Of a stretch of 64,000 bases of DNA, positions 22,051 to 37,000 are shown piece by piece. The position numbers and the translations under genes are program-made. Location: NCBI GenBank assembly GCA_030141605.1, contig JAQGDQ010000355.1, forward strand, positions 1 to 64,000. Direction: 5' to 3'. The notes beneath the pieces were generated by a model. It had not been told where the DNA came from and made no database searches. It saw nothing but the letters and a program-made list of their open reading frames with translations. Each line of letters starts with the position of its first letter. Position 1 is the first letter of the stretch. The stretch is from Tubiluchus corallicola (Eukaryota; Animalia; Priapulida).

Positions 22051-25000
22051 AATGTATATATATATATATACATTCATACATACATTCTTATGAAAGCTAG
22101 TAAGCTTGTAGTTAGGGTGGAAAAAATTTTCCAGTAAAAAATTCCACAGATAAGCAGTCCAAGGAAAAAACTTCATTTATGCCTGAGGTTGTGTGTTGAG
22201 TTACTCAACACACAGATTGTACTAAACAGCAATCAGCTGGCAGTTGTTACATTTATAAAGGAAATTTTATGGAGTATAAAAACAAAGTATATAAGTTGTG
22301 CACAAGAATAATGAGTTAACTCATTTTATTGCCTAGTAAGTTATTTTACTTTAGACTTGAAAAGTTAGGTGTAATAAAATTTAGTTGTAATAAACTGGTG
22401 TGGCCGCTTCATTGTCTTTGGTAGAAGTATATCAACTTGCAAATTGGAGTTACTGCACCTTGCCTGTTTGCTCAGTGATTCCTCGCAGTTAAACGGTTTG
22501 AATGGGCCAAGGCTTATACTGGGTAAAGTATAAAAGTCAGCTATGAAAACTACATAATTCACTGATTAAAAAGCAATTGCTGTTTTTGATCCTTAATTTT
22601 GATTGCTAAATTTTGTATCCTTAATAGTAAAAAACGGTTGAAAAAGTGCTTACTAAACTCGCACTTTTTCGAAGGTCTCAAAAGCCTAAAATCAATATAA
22701 GCCCCGGGCCCCACTGGGGCAGCTTACAGCGCTCTCCCAGACCTCCTAGGTACTGTTTCTTGTTTTGTTCGCCATGAGACTCTCACCTAAATAAATACAC
22801 TTTCAGCACTGTAAATACCTACCTGTGATTTCTTGGATGATAACCGCAAAAAGAGACGTTCTTCAAACTAAAGAAGTGGGAATTGTTGTGGAGAGACTTT
22901 TGAACAGAACCCTGCAATAAAAACCAGATTTAGTGTGTCGGTTAAACATAACTTGACTTAACTTAGCTTAACTTGGTTGCGCTTGAAAAAAGGTTAAGGC
23001 ACAACCGGACCTAATGTTAAACTGTAGGTCAAAAAAATCCACTCTTTAAAATATTGAAAGGAAACATACTATTTTTTCAAAAATGGCTTACGTTAAAGAA
23101 TTATCGCCACACAAACACAATTTCACATTTGCGCCACTAGTTCTTCACTATTTCACAAACACTTCTTCAGCATTTCGCCATTCGCTAGTTAGACGAACAC
23201 TAGCCCCTGCATTTTGGAAACGCATTGCACAAAAATACAGGTGCTGTACCTCGCAGTTTAGATGCATTAGTTTGTGAAGAGCTACACACGTTCGACAGCT
23301 CATGCGTAAGCACAGCTGTAAATTTGAAATTTGAATGTTCATCTTAAAACTTTCCTAGTTTTATTACAACAAACTGTATCTCTTACAGTAGCACTGTACT
23401 TCAATTTTCGCTTTCGCAAACACGTGCAACACGCTAGTGGAATATTTTTACTATTGAAAGTAATGTTAGTTTGTGATGTCATCAATAGTTGGACTCGCCC
23501 ACCGTTAATTAAGTTTTTAATCTATTATTTAATTATCAGAAACGCTTATGCAGTATTAATTGTGTTAAAATGTATACTTTTTATTGGACATGAAAATGGG
23601 GTAGTACATGAAAAATAATCCTGTCTTCCCCTAATTATCTTTGCAGTAAAAGTTTTTATGGCTTAATTTAACGAATACACTAATGATCAGTGATAATACG
23701 AGCGCAAAAATCACCTAAAACGACTATACGTCAAAGTGCCAGGCGGCTTAGATGGAGCCAAAGATAGCAAAATAAGGATGCTAGAAGTGTAAAGATGGTA
23801 CAGTTTACTTACCCGTTTACCAAACATTTTCTCTAGCCTATTTTTCAATCGCTCGGCAGCTGTAGCGCCCTCAACCGGTTCTGCGTTGCCACCGTGATGG
23901 TCTAACATCTTGATGCCATGCGGACTGATCTCCAGAATGCAATAGCGGGGAGACGGAGCGTCCGCGGCAGTTTTCCGCGTCTGTGCGATCTAAACAGTTA
24001 TTTTAAAGCATTAAAAGCTAGCAGCAGAAAGTCTTAACTTTCCAACCACATGCAAAAATACTGTTAAACTACCATTGTTTTCAACTGTATTTGAACTTTA
24101 AATGGTTACATAAGTTTTAAATTTTGCTAACTTTAAAACCCAGTTATCTAGCAAGTTAGCAACCTTATTCTAACGCTTAGGTACCATTACAGTTCACACC
24201 ACGTTTTACCCTATAACCTTCCTGTAGCTTTAACTCCTTCAGGACAGTGGCGGATTATGATTTTATGGGCCTTAGGCTTGAGCTTGGAACGGGCCTTTTA
24301 AATGTTGCTACACTGCTGAGCTGACGTGTTTTTGTGGAGCTCTCGTCGTTTGTAAGTTTGTTTAATTTTGTGAGTTTTTGCCCACCGATTGTGATAAAAA
24401 TTATATCTTCTTGATCCTTGAGTTGTGGACTAGGACTATATAAACACGATTACAGTGATTATTTTGCCGGGCCCCTTTTGATCCCGGGCCTTAGGCTTCA
24501 GCCTATTGGGCTATCCGCTACAGCTTCAGGACCGTAAGCATTTGCTGAATTTTGCATGAGTTCACCAAAAACTGCTCTCGCATCAAAAAGGCAGTGATTA
24601 CTTTATATTTGATAACTTTGGCAGGTTTCTACTTCTTACATAATGGATATTCATGCAAAATTATATATATGAAATGCATTTGCATTTACTTAGACAAATT
24701 AAAAATCCATTTTTGCTGAAAAAATTGAAAAAAGCTTTCAATAACTGCAATGTTTGCACTGAAACAATGAACAGTATCACCTGTGTGAAATCGGCAAAGG
24801 CAGAAAAGTTCAACTATCCAGACACAACAGTCTGATACTCAATGGTCTCAATCTAGCCAATTTTTAAGGAGAAATTCCTCTTGAAAAGTGAAAGGACCTT
24901 AATTTATCCTTGGCTAATCGGTTGGTGCTTCCTGGAACTCTGTACAGTGGACAGTTCTCTTGGGCTTTAGCAATAAGGTGATCAATAAAATAGTAAGTGT

Positions 25001-28000
25001 ACATCCAGTACACTAAGATACTCAATAGACTAAGTTGGAGCGCCTTTTTTTCTTAATTTTATCCAATTAAATCACTTGTAAATGTTTAAACAAATAGCAT
25101 GACTGGATAGCCAACATTCTCCTGAATAGAAAAGTACTTAATCTGTAATCGTTTAGTTATGTCTGTGCTCATACAGTAGCAGAAAAGTTGTAAGTCTTAT
25201 AAGACTTGTTTTGAATGGTGCGGTCTTGAAGGAGTTAAAGCAATATCAGTGAGACAGATACACTTGTAAGCCTCTCGTCCACACAGAGCAGAATATGAAA
25301 CGTCTAAATTCTCAAAACCAATTTTCAAGAACATGCACACGAACCATTTTATACAGCACTTTACGAGCACAGACTACAAGATGTGAATTTGGGCATTTTT
25401 TGTAAAATTAAACGCCATCTTATGGCAGAATCCTTCCATGTATGCTAAATTCTCAAAATCGCACTACTTTCAATACAATAAATATCATAGACGGCTTCAT
25501 GGATGTTTTTAACAAAGAATTACATTTTTATTCTTTCTTACAAAGCAGATTTCTTGCTATATGACTCGCTATTTTAACCGATGATTCGGTATTTTTAACA
25601 TTCAGCATGCACTAACTGCGAAATGCGCTGTTGCACCCTCGACATAATGAGTAACTTTTATCATAAAAATCAAGTAAGCAAAAGACAAGCAGCAGTTCAA
25701 TCCGAAAAAATTTACGACAGATTATGACTAATCACCTTAACGATGGCCTGACAGAGTACTTGGTTTCCCTTGTGACATGCCACGGCAACAGAGCCGAGAA
25801 ATCGAAGGAGGAATTTGTCGCAATGCGGCTTCGGTACATCTGCGGAAGAAAATCCAATACAATGTGAAAAATAGACAAATTACGATTTCATTAAAACGGG
25901 AAAATCATGAATAAACTGGTCATAAACTTATACTGAATATTATATATTAAGTTTTATATATATATATATATATAATATTATATATTAAGTTATATTGAAA
26001 TTATTTGTTGAGTCATTTAAATGTTACAGGATTATTGATTTTTCCTAGAAAATCTTGTACGTTTCACTTTTGTATTTAAACCCTTTTTTCTCTGCGTGGG
26101 AATATGTCCCTTAAGGCATTATTTCTGCTAAACATGGTGCCATCGCGAAATGTCACGACCAAGAAATCATTCACCATTTTGTGTTTACTTCTTCAGCCTA
26201 ATAATGCACGGTAGCTAGTACAAAAAGAAAGTACAGGTGTTCAAAAAAGGTGAGGCAGAGAACAGAGGAAAGAGGCAGATTACAGAGAGCTGTGCCACCT
26301 CTGAGATTTGGCATAAAGTGGACCACAGCTTTGTTGATATGTTATAACTTTGTAGTTCTTTTTAGTTTTCAAATAACTAGCAAATGAGTTATTTTCTCCG
26401 CCGAAATGTTTGGCATAATAAGTCAAATCAAGACAGTATTTCGTCGTTTGTTAGTTCGTGACTTCACATTTTACGATCCGATCTAAAGGGTACAATACAT
26501 AAACACAATAAAACTTAAAAAGAGGTTAGTGTCAATACTCGAACCTGGATCTAAACTATACTCCAAATCCACCGCATACGCAAAAGGGAAAATTCCTCGT
26601 TTTCCCGTTCTCAGGTTCACTCCAGTGCACCAGAGATCTTCGTCCTCCTTTTCCGTATGCAACAGATCCCCTATTTCGATCTCCAATTCGTCACGATGAC
26701 GTGGAATGAAATGATACAACCCCCGGTGGGTCGCTTTCAACTCTTGCCCACCGGATGATAGTGTGGAACCGGTGCTGGACCGAGACAGGCCAACTAGAAA
26801 AAATCATTTTGTCTGAAATTAATGATTTACTGTCGCATAACAAACTGACATAGACTGCAAACTTTAGAAAGATGCACACAAAAAATACCGAACCTGCTGC
26901 TTACTGTGCAAAAGTATTTGCGTGGAAAAGTTAAGAACACACATATTTCAAGAACCATTGGTTTTCAGGAATATTATTTTTGCATATTTGATCTTACATA
27001 GTATATACAGAGCCCGGAGCCGCGCCGTTTCAGCTGAGCTCTAGCCGGTTTATTTCTACAGTCGACCTAGCCGATAAGAAACCTAGCATTAGTCGTGTAG
27101 GCTGCTCAGTGATGGGATAGAGCTAGCTGACATTTTTGACGGCTGTGAAGATTTTTGCTCTTGTGATAATCAGGTGGCACTGCAAAAAACTGGTTGAAAT
27201 ATGACAAACGCATTGCAGATTCGCAGTCAGATTGTGCGTGTGCTGGCAAAGATACTAAACTTTAGAAATTTATGAATGAGAAAGCTGGTCAATTCAAAAT
27301 TAAATACACAAATCAGCAACATTAATCAAATGTCTGGGATCATTTTGGTGTTTTGCTATTGATGCGTCGGTAATCAAGACAAACCTCGCCAAGAGCTGGA
27401 TTTAAATTACATTTGCTTTTTTATAATAATAAAAAATTGATAACTGATGCATAATTTAAATTTGTACATTAGCTTTTTTCTGTGTATAAGCAACACGAAT
27501 TATTTAAAAAATTTGTCTCCATAATTTAGCAGTTTAATTAATTAATTAATAATAGCAACATTACTTACAGGGTGGTTGACTTTGGTAACTTTTAGTTTTT
27601 CGCCACCCTTTCACCAATCACTTGAACACCATTAACTCATATAATTTATTCATTTAATAACCTTGTCACTTTATATCATATTACCATATTATCGTTCCAT
27701 GCTTTGTGTTTGTCTTGTAAAAAGGTGATAAATAAAAATACTTACTTACTTACTTACAGTTAACTAACAATTTATAATTTATTTAGTTAACAAAAATTCG
27801 CAACTTTAGTAGACTTAGCTGATTTATTCTTTACGCCAACTCGGCTGAAAAGTCAGTTAACCTCAACCGAGCTAGCTGATTCACAGTGTGAGTCAGCTGA
27901 CGTATTAGCGACTGAGTCAGCTTCAGCCTCTATATATACATTAAAACAGAAATTAACACTAAAATGACAAAAAGTTAATTAATGGCTTGTATAAACAGAT

Positions 28001-31000
28001 GAGTCTTCAGTCTTATCCTAAAACTTAACAATGAGTCACAGTTACAAATGGCAACTGGAGGAAGGTTTATTGTTCTTTCGGGCCTGCAATGGAAAATGAC
28101 AGAACAGGAAAAGTCTTGTACAGTAAGTTTTCGCTTAACGACTCCCCGTTTAACGATGTTTCGTTTTAACGACCCCGTTCATTTGACACTTTTGTTTCGC
28201 TTTAACGATTTTTTTTCACTTTGCTCAGGGCAGATTTTTTGCTTCCTCACTGACTACTGATGCTACAACTGTATTACTAGCCGTTTGTATCAACTATCAA
28301 GCGACCAGCGAGCAAATTTGCCTGCAGCCTGTTGCTGTAGCAACTAGACCAAGTATGTAGGTAAGGTTGCGCCAGGGCTTGGTTTTAACTCTGTCATCAA
28401 GTTTGTGTCACCGAAATGAAAGCAGGAACTCCTCAAAACTTGATCAGAAAACTAGAGACTTACCACTAGGGTCTGGCTTCTCGGTCATTGGAGAAGGCGT
28501 AGACGACTGAGACGTTCGATGATGAGATCTTCGTCGATTCATCCAACATGGCTTCTCTTCTGGGCTCGATGTTTCGCACAGCAAGCGGTTATCCGTATAA
28601 AGATACGGTTTGTACTCTACTTGATTTAGCGTGCTCAATTTTAGCGTCTGAAAAATGAACCGAGGTCAAATGGCATCAGCAAATTCACAAATATTTGTTT
28701 TTAAAGTTTAACTTAGATAACATCTATCTTTATTGCATAAGAGCAAAAACTACTTATAATATCTGAAGTAAAATAAATGCTTATTCTGCTTTTACATCAG
28801 TTTTTTGCACAATTTCCAAAAACATATTTTAGATAAAGGCTCAAACACACATGTACGTAGTACAGTAAGTCCTCGCTTAACGACTCCCCGTTTAGCGATG
28901 TTTCGTTTTAACAACATTGTACATTTGACACTTTTTCTCACTTAAAGACACACGGTTTCGTTTTAACAACAATTTTTTTACTTTGCTCACAGATATTTTT
29001 TATTTTATCAACAACTTTTTTTACCTAATTTGAAGCATTGCGTTACCTATTGCGTTATTCTATTCTAAAAATGCATTAGTAACCTAAATAGTGCAAATAT
29101 TGTGTTTTTGCTTCCCGATACACTACGTACTAAATTCTAGCCGTTTGTATCAAGCGGACACCCCAGTGTAAACTTCATGCCATTGAATTTTGTCTATAAC
29201 AACCATATTAGTACTACACGAAATTGTCTCAAGGTCGCTCCATACAGCGCTTGGCTTTCATTACGTAGTGTTCAAATGGGAAGAGAAATCGCTAGCAAGT
29301 CTAGGTAGATACTGGAAAAAAGATGGGTAGTTTCAATCAAGTAAAAGGAAATTAGCTAGTAAAAATATGAATAAAACTCATAAAAATGATTCAACCAGCA
29401 TTGATTTTTGGTTCTGGAAAATATCACAATTCGTTTACATTGCTTTGTATGGAAGTTTTGGTAGAATCATTTAACGACGTTTAGCTTAATGTGGCGTTTT
29501 GCCGGAATGCATTAGCGTCGTTAAGCAAGGACTTACAGTATCATCAAGAATTGTAACACCATACAGTTACTATGCAGATCAAGAAATAATGAAAATAATC
29601 ATTAATGGCTTAGTCTTTCTGCTGAAGGCAAAATGCTTAAAAACGCCATTACGTCTTAATTAGCAATATGCTATACGCAGTCATCAAATTTCATACTCTC
29701 ATTTATGGGATAAAATTGGAAGTTAATTAACATAAAAATAGTGTAAAATTATCAAATGTTTAGTGGAAGTGTCAATGCAATGAGAAAAACTTATGGACAG
29801 AATCTGCAGGTCGAGTCTTCAAAGGACGTGGGGGTTAGTACTTTGATGACTTTCTTTTTTACTGGGCTTCATTTCATCGGCCTGTAATTGACATGGCTTC
29901 CTAGCTCAGATCTCCTGATTTAACAGAAGAAATAAAGCACTGGCTTAAGTTTACGCATCTTTTTCCACAAATTAAGTGAAAACTTATCCCATTTAGAATT
30001 TAATTACGGTTACCTTTCCAGTTGGGGACCACATCGCAGCACCAGCCATTTGCAGTTCATCAGCCAGCGAGAGCTGTTCTTCCAGCGGAAGTCTCGGAGG
30101 TTTCCTGGAAGACTTCCTCTCATGGCTAATTTTGGGAGACAATTCGAGACCATCTTCTGAAGAGGTGGATAAGGGGCTCAGTGGGCGTTTTGCTGCATGG
30201 GGTTCATTGTTTCTGACTGGCCAACAACCGGGAACACGACACTGCTGAAACAGGAAAAAAATCTGTGTATAGCAGCATGAAACAAATAAAGCCGGCCAAA
30301 AAAATTGTTTCTGTCCTAAATCATGACCTCAAAAGATGTCAAAAGGAGGGAGCTTTGTGAACATTTAAAGTAGAATCATGGAATATTTAAAATCAGTTGA
30401 AATCAAAGTTTGTTTATTTCCCACTAGTTAGCAGTAATGTTTTAAATTTTTTCAATGCACATTTTTTCACGCTTTGTTTTTAAGTTTCGCATTACTAAAT
30501 TATCGATTAATGTATATCCTCTTTTTGCACCATGAATGTATGTTCGATAATTATGGTATAAGAGGCAACACTCCTCAGCCATTAATACACCGATTTCGCA
30601 GGAAATTCAATACTTTTAGTCTCCAATACAAAGCGCGACATACAAAATGGCAACCCTGGCCGAGAGGTAGCCAACGAAAACATGGCTGCGTCCTGCATTT
30701 CCCGAAAGAACAATGTTATAATAATTATTGAGTTTTATGTTTTAAATTAAAAAAAAAACGCTTTTATGTGAATGTGACAAGTAAGCATATGAACTTATAA
30801 AACAAAATTAGAAAATCCCGACCGGGTGCGCGATAAAAAATATTACCAGAGCGATTAAATGGAAACAAAAGTATTTTTATTATTGGTCTATTTTTTTTAA
30901 TTTCGAGATGTTAATATAAAAATACTTATGTGCAGGTGTATCTGAGCTAGTGTATTTTCTTCATCACAGCTCTCCATATTAAACTCATTTAACAAGAAAC

Positions 31001-34000
31001 TTTTGTAATTTAGACATCAATTCTCTGAGTTCTTGTAAAATGTCACGGCAAGAATCTGCTTAGATTTTGGCAAATGATACAGAAATACTAGCCCTGACAT
31101 TTCTATAAAAACAACGTTGCCAACCAACCTGGGAATTGTTCTTCTGATTTTTCTCCAGAATATACTTATCGTGCGAATCATTGTTGCAGATATCATAGAT
31201 GTCGTTACACTGGCATCCGTTAATTATTCCATTTGATTGTGTATAGTTTTGATTAAGTTCATTTTTGCGTTTCACTAGACCATTTGACAAGCTGGTAGGA
31301 ACATTTTTCACTGAATTGTGATCAAACGAGCTCAATTCTTCAATGTTGTTAACTATATCGACTGAATCATGTTTGCCGGATACATTCAAATCTAAGCCGT
31401 TCGTAATGACATCATTTCCTGAGTGGAGCTCGGAACGAATTATGCGGTTGTTATCATCATCATCAACTTCTATGTAACTGCTAATTTCCTCCAAACTCAA
31501 ATCGTGTGTTAGCCTGAAACAGAATTCAAACATTTAAACTTTAGGCAGGCAAAGCAAGCTTCTTCTATTTAGTTTTTAGTGTTAGTGAAGAATGTATAAA
31601 AATAAAAATAAATAAGTGGTAGAAATTAAACTAATGATTCACAGACAATATCGTGCAGTACTACAAAGAAAGCTGCTTTCAGCAAAACAAGAGCCAATTT
31701 TCAATACTTTTAAGGAAACATTAATGAACAAACTTACCGAGAACAAACTAGAATGTAAAATGAATACAGATATCATATTTGCTTGAATAAAACGTGCTTG
31801 GTTAAAAAACGTTATCGAATATGAAAACAGATGCACGCAATTTTGTGAATGAAGCGTGGAGTGTTAAAAAATATAAGATGCCCTTGAATATGGGACAGTC
31901 TCGAACACGAGACGCGACACTATTATTATATTAAGCTGGTGAAGTCATACGGTAACTGGTGCCTCAATGCCCATGGTGTTTAAAATATCTCTGTCACAAA
32001 GGAAAAAACCGCTTTTTCCTATTCAAAGTTATTGGTTATAAAACGGTTTTAAATATAAGACGCGCCAAGCAGTGGTAAAAACACGAGTCTAGAGCCTACG
32101 TTATTTATATCGTATACGGTAAACAGAAAATTTTACAGGCACACAAAACTTTAAGACATAATTTTAACGGCATCACAGAAATTCATTATTCTGAAAAAGG
32201 GGTAAACCACGGCAAAACAAACAATGCCGACTTACTTATAGACGCTTCTTGGTATGTCAATAAATTGAGACTGTCTGCTAAAAGATGACTGAAATGAATC
32301 AAACTGAGGATCTGCCATTTTCGCCTGCGAGAAAAGTTGACTTCTCGATGTGTTGACGCATTGCGTATAGACTGGTAAATAAAATTAGTTGACAGAGCGT
32401 AACCTTTTGCTTGAGGGTAAAAAATAAAACTACAAGTATACAAAACAATTTATCAAACCAAAAATTAATATAGCTCAATTTATAATTGTTGGTATGAGGT
32501 TGTGAGACATCTGGAAGACAATTATGTCGCTCAACTTTGAGTTTGACCATGATCTAGCTGTTTTGAACGAGTGTCTGGTCATACCCTGGTCCCATGCAAG
32601 ATATCATTGAAATCAAGATATCTGTTGGGAAATTGTCATGGCCGGCAGTACTTAGTGGGAAGCCTCTCACGTCCCTCACTGCCTTCATTCTTAAGGGGTG
32701 CGACTGGATATTCAATGAGCTAAGTCAGGCTCAAACTCAAGATCAACTAGAATAGTTACCTTGTAGATGCCTCACAACCTTGACCTCGTGCCCCAACATT
32801 TAAAGGAGAGCCTTCATACAACTCCTGCACACCTGAGGGGTATTGTTGAAGCAGACTGATAAGCTTGCACTGCTTAGATGGGCACAAATTTAACACTGAT
32901 GACAAAAAATGAGCCCCGATACCAAATCAATTAATTTAAAAAACTCCATATACTCTAACATTACTCTCAATAGATTCTTGGACAAAAAATTAAAACCACT
33001 TTTTTCTATAGGACGTATACAACCTTTCGCTTAGTTTATTGTAGGTAACTGCATAGACGATAGATTTTACGAGATGATACAGAAAACTTTCTAAATACTT
33101 TTTTTAGTATTCTCCATAACAATTTTATAGAAGTTGAAACTCATTATTGTGTTTGCGTTGCATCATTATTATAATTGATATTTGGCTAAAAAGTTAATCG
33201 TCTTTTTATTACTGTTTTTACAGTCTATCCAAAATTTACATTACTATTTTGCAAAGTGCTTATGCAGCTGACCGGTACCAGCAATGCGGAGCAGAATATA
33301 GGTGCATGCTTTGTATGGCAGTTTCCATAATTTACGATCAGCCATATTCCAAGCTGTGTCAATAAAATATCAACCAATATTTTCGAATTATTTCAACTTC
33401 CAATTCTGGTAACCGTAATGTCCTAGGCAACATGTTTGAAGTAGTTTGTGAGAACAAGCTAATGAAAACCTGGCACATGCATACGATTGGCATGTTAGGT
33501 CTAAATGAAATCTCACAGTTTTCTATGAAAAGCCATTAAATCACATCTAACTAAATAACCCAAAGGAGTATTGTCCAGCAATACAGTGGGATACGGTTTA
33601 TCTATTTATTTTAAAATTGAAATATATAAAGCCCACAGCCCACAGGCCACAGCCAAAGAATTATCAATGTGCATCAGCCTATTAGTTTATACAAAAGTTT
33701 TTTGATTATTAGGATAAAGATTTATTGACTTCCTTTGGTCTCGAAAATCTAATTAATGCATTTGCGTTTAATTTTTGTGCCTTGAGTATTAACTAAATTA
33801 ATATCAAATTCTTTGGCATATTCTTCACGGGGGCAGTCAAAGGACCACCGGTCAAAGGACCACTGGACAAAGGACCACCCGGCAAATGTCAACAGAAAAT
33901 CGTGTGAGATACATTGTGCTTCGTGTTGAGATATTTAAGTTGGAAACAGTAAATTTCTGCATTATTTATTTTTCAGCATCATTCTGCTCACTTGGCAAAA

Positions 34001-37000
34001 TGCTGTTTTTACGCATCGGATAATTCGATGGTGCTATAGATTAAAAATAATTAGAAATTTTGAAAAATAATAAAAAAATAAAATTTAAATTTTCAAAACT
34101 TTTAAGATGCATTAAGAATTTTAAGTTTAACATTATTAAGTTTCTTAAATGCTTTCTTAAAGCACGAGAAAACCCGTCATAAACATAAAAATTGAAAAAT
34201 TCGTCTTAAAATTAGCACCACTTACATACTGCCTTTTTACATACAGGATTTCAATCGGCAGTCACGCTGTACAAAATGTGTAAATTTAAACTATTTTTTA
34301 GGATCAACCATCAAGCAAAAATGCCAGTAAAAAACAAAATGTATTTACGTTCACATAATACCGCATAAGTTACACAATTCGGTGTTTTTATATTGAAAGC
34401 TCTTCAAAAAATTTTATCCTCAAGCCAACTTAATAAAAATAATGTCGTTAATGCTTTTTTAAAGTGTCCAATTAGTTTTTCATGTGCTAGTCTTGCGTAT
34501 TTGTTTGTCTTTTTAGCTATTATGTTCTGCGTACAGCTGAGTATTTTAACTTTTCTTACAAAAGTACTTCTTAATAAAATTTTAAATAAAAATTAAATAA
34601 AATAAGTAGAAGACATCCATCAGTCAATAACATTGTCACCAAAAATTCAGTCACGCTGTATTAAATAAAATATTAAAGGACAAGAAAAGGTGTACCTATA
34701 GTAGGTGTCAGAAAAATTGCCTTAAGAAATTATATTACTTTACAGCATTTTTATGCATATATCATACTCCCGTTAAAAGGAAGTTTTGTTTGTTTTCATT
34801 TTAAATCTCCCGCGATACTGTACCGAAGTCGCCATTACATGACATCACTTACGCACAACGTAAATCAGGGGAAAAACACAATGTTAAATTATGACCTAAA
34901 CAACTTCCCGTGCAAATATACTCGTATATTACTTAGCATTTTGCTTATCTGCTGGAAAGACATATATTACTGTAGAAATAACATTTTAAAATGTTCGCTT
35001 CAATTGGTAAAATGTAGCAGGTTCATCCCCCAGGGTGCGCTGCTCAGTAACCAAAAAAATGTGTTTTGAATCTTATTGACAAGATACAGTAATTATAATT
35101 TAACTTAACTGGTAAAAATGTGTGATGTATTTTTTCAAACTTCACGCAGTGTTATCTAAACTTGTTTCAAACGACCTACCATTAAAATGGCTGCCCCTAA
35201 ACGGTCATCGCGGGAGTTTAAATTTACACGCTTTTTATACAGCGTTACTGTGCCGACACAAGCCCTACATGCAAAAGTATATGTGAGTGATATAAAATTT
35301 CAAGATGAATTTTTTAAGTCTTATGTAAGTGGAGAGTTTTCCTGTGCTTTAACGGCAATGGTATGTTGCAATTTCACTAAAACTACTGTTAGCACATCCA
35401 CTGGTGGTCCTTTGTTCACCCACCTAACTGGTGATACTTTGACCACTTTTAATGTACTAAATGTGACCCTTTGTCCGGTGATCGTTTCTCGGTGGTCCTT
35501 TGACCTACAGCCATCCCAATAGTCCTTCGAGTCAATTCTGCTAAACTAATAGGCAAATGATGTTAAAATATCAAGTGCCCGACATCTATATACAGGAATT
35601 AGATGAACAGTTAATTTGTCAGTTAAACGATTGATGCGCTGAGCTGAACAGTTAAGTCACCTGCATTTAAAGAAAAACCGGACGATTGTTTGACTCAATC
35701 TCAATTTAATTTACTGTCCAAAAAATACATTTTCTTGCCTATGAAAGTTAGCAATTGTTTCTTATATTTTAATAATTAGCTTAGCAAGTTAATTAACAGG
35801 AACCGAACACAGCTGTCGCTTACGTCAAAAACTAACCACAGTTTGTGCAATGGCAGACATCTTCCCCTGCGCGTCAAGCACGTTTGCATAAGTGTTACTG
35901 CTTAAACGCATGACGTCGCGAAAATGGGCTCTACATCATATGATGTCAGAAACTAACGCTGCAGTTAATGATCATGATTGTCACGGTACCACCTTCTATT
36001 TGTCGGCCACGCACATGTGACAAAAAGGCGCCGTTGCCAATCTTAGTAGATTCACTGAGCCGCGCGTAGCTTTGAAAGTTTATAGAAATTTGAGTATCCG
36101 AGGTAATTATTATTTAATCCTTAAGCTTTCATTTATAAAAAACTATTGTAGTTTTCAATATTTTAGAGTATTCCTTGTTCTGAACTCATGTTTACACAGT
36201 CATCCGGTTTTCCTTTAAAAAAATAAAAAGTAGTTTAACAGAAAAATAAGTTCACGAAAACTTGATGAATATACTTATAAAACTTAGAGGACAAGAAAAG
36301 GGTTACCTGAAGTAGGTTTCAGAAAAATCACCTTAAAAAATTATATTACCTTACAGCAATTTTATGCGTACACCGTACTCGCGTTGAAAGGAATTCTTGT
36401 TTGTTTCTATTTTAAATCTCCCGCAACACTGTTCTGAAGTCCGCATTACATGACGTCAAAATACGCACAACGTAAATCGGGGGAAGAAAATGCGATGTTA
36501 AATTATGTCCCAAAACCTTTCCGTGCAAATCCATATTACTTAGCATGCATTTGGCTTACTGGCTGGAAAGCCTTGTGAAACTAGAAATAATAAATTAAAA
36601 TGTGTGTGCCATTTGTTCTGTGTGTGTTTCTTCTATTAGACCGCTATATAGCAAGTTATGTATCAGTCTCTCCATTTTATTTCCTTGTTCTGTTTTTCTT
36701 TAATTTGTTTAAAATCTTGTCACAGTTAGTTTACGCCTTGTAATCTCTTTCCAGTTAAATAGTCAGCGTTAATTAATTCAGTTGTGTTTAATTGCGTTCA
36801 CGTGACCATCATTATTAGGCTGCGTATGGCAGAAGTCGACGAAGTGGACCACTGACAGTGATGGGACAGAATTTATTAGAAATGCTTTCATCTTGTAATT
36901 TCACAGGCCAAAGAATGTTGAAATTTACCCATTATCAGCACAAAGCACTTGCTAGGGAACAGGGATGTGACGACGAAGATCTTGAACGTCGTGTGAGTAG

